Positions 13,682-14,223 of a DNA stretch of 14,223 nt are shown one piece after another. A model generated the notes under the pieces. That model was not told the DNA's origin and searched no databases. It saw only the letters and a program-made list of their open reading frames with translations. Position 1 is the stretch's first letter; the number at the start of each line of letters is the position of its first letter. Origin of the DNA: a virus. The stretch lies in the UHGV virus genome UHGV-0138819; one strand, given 5' to 3'. The translations under genes were made by a program, and so were the position numbers.

Positions 13682-14223
13682 ATGCAAGTCGACCTGCTGA
13701 GTTCAGCGCAATCTGCGCACGCGTTACACCTTTTTCACCAACATTCCCCTCTTGTGCACTGCATGACCAACGATGTGGTGCAAACTTTTACTGCCAATAC
13801 CTTGCTGGCGCTCGGCGCATCGCCAGCGATGGTTATCGAAACCGAAGAGGCCAGTCAGTTTGCGGCTATCGCCAGTGCCTTGTTGATTAACGTTGGCACA
13901 CTGACGCAGCCACGCGCACAGGCGATGCGTGCTGCCGTTGAGCAAGCAAAAAGCTCTCAAACACCCTGGACGCTTGATCCAGTAGCGGTTGGTGCGCTCG
14001 ATTATCGCCGCCATTTTTGTCATGAATTTTTATCTTTTAAACCGGCAGCGATACGTGGTAATGCTTCGGAAATCATGGCATTAGCTGGCGTTGCTAATGG
14101 CGGACGGGGAGTGGATACCACTGACGCCGCAGCTAACGCGATACCCGCTGCACAAACACTGGCACGGGAAACTGGCGCAATCGTCGTGGTCACTGGCGAG
14201 GTGGATTATGTTACCGATGGACA
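13682..14223 (+). CDS. thiM: Hydroxyethylthiazole kinase, 5' part (continues beyond the window)
   Basis: Translation from ATG 13682 reads [60 protein letters not shown]..., matching E. coli ThiM as I recall it. Preceded by the TPP riboswitch. Absent from the ORF track only because there is no in-window stop. Confidence 0.9.
   Translation, partial: MQVDLLSSAQSAHALHLFHQHSPLVHCMTNDVVQTFTANTLLALGASPAMVIETEEASQFAAIASALLINVGTLTQPRAQAMRAAVEQAKSSQTPWTLDPVAVGALDYRRHFCHEFLSFKPAAIRGNASEIMALAGVANGGRGVDTTDAAANAIPAAQTLARETGAIVVVTGEVDYVTDG

Noticed and set aside
13651-14023. ORF-track entries 13651-13890 (plus) and 13724-14023 (minus)
   Set aside because: Both are out of frame with or antisense to thiM, whose true frame starts at ATG 13682 and continues past the window end.

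Overview
The window reads as an enterobacterial (E. coli-like) chromosome segment: the 3' end of rcnR (1-90) and the 5' part of thiM (13682-14223) flank a ~13.4 kb integrase-bearing element inserted inside the thiM TPP riboswitch. The host gene and riboswitch identifications rest on my recall of the K-12 sequences, not on a search. The element is bounded by a 71-bp imperfect direct repeat (188-258 and 13557-13627, 3 mismatches) with an identical 26-bp core (233-258 / 13602-13627). From left to right it carries a tyrosine integrase, a small AT-rich cargo module with two signal-peptide proteins, a 2.1 kb ORF-free region containing four iteron-like repeats, a rightward operon of small DNA-binding-like proteins ending in a 714-aa coiled-coil protein, a structured ORF-free region with a Fur-box-like palindrome, a capsid-like gene pair, a small HTH protein, and a convergent membrane-anchored protein next to attR. 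I could not recognise any terminase, portal, primase/helicase, relaxase or tail genes, so it does not fit P4-like, PICI, cf-PICI or IME layouts as I know them; it is a candidate uncharacterised satellite-like element. Most product calls are inferences from motifs and gene order.
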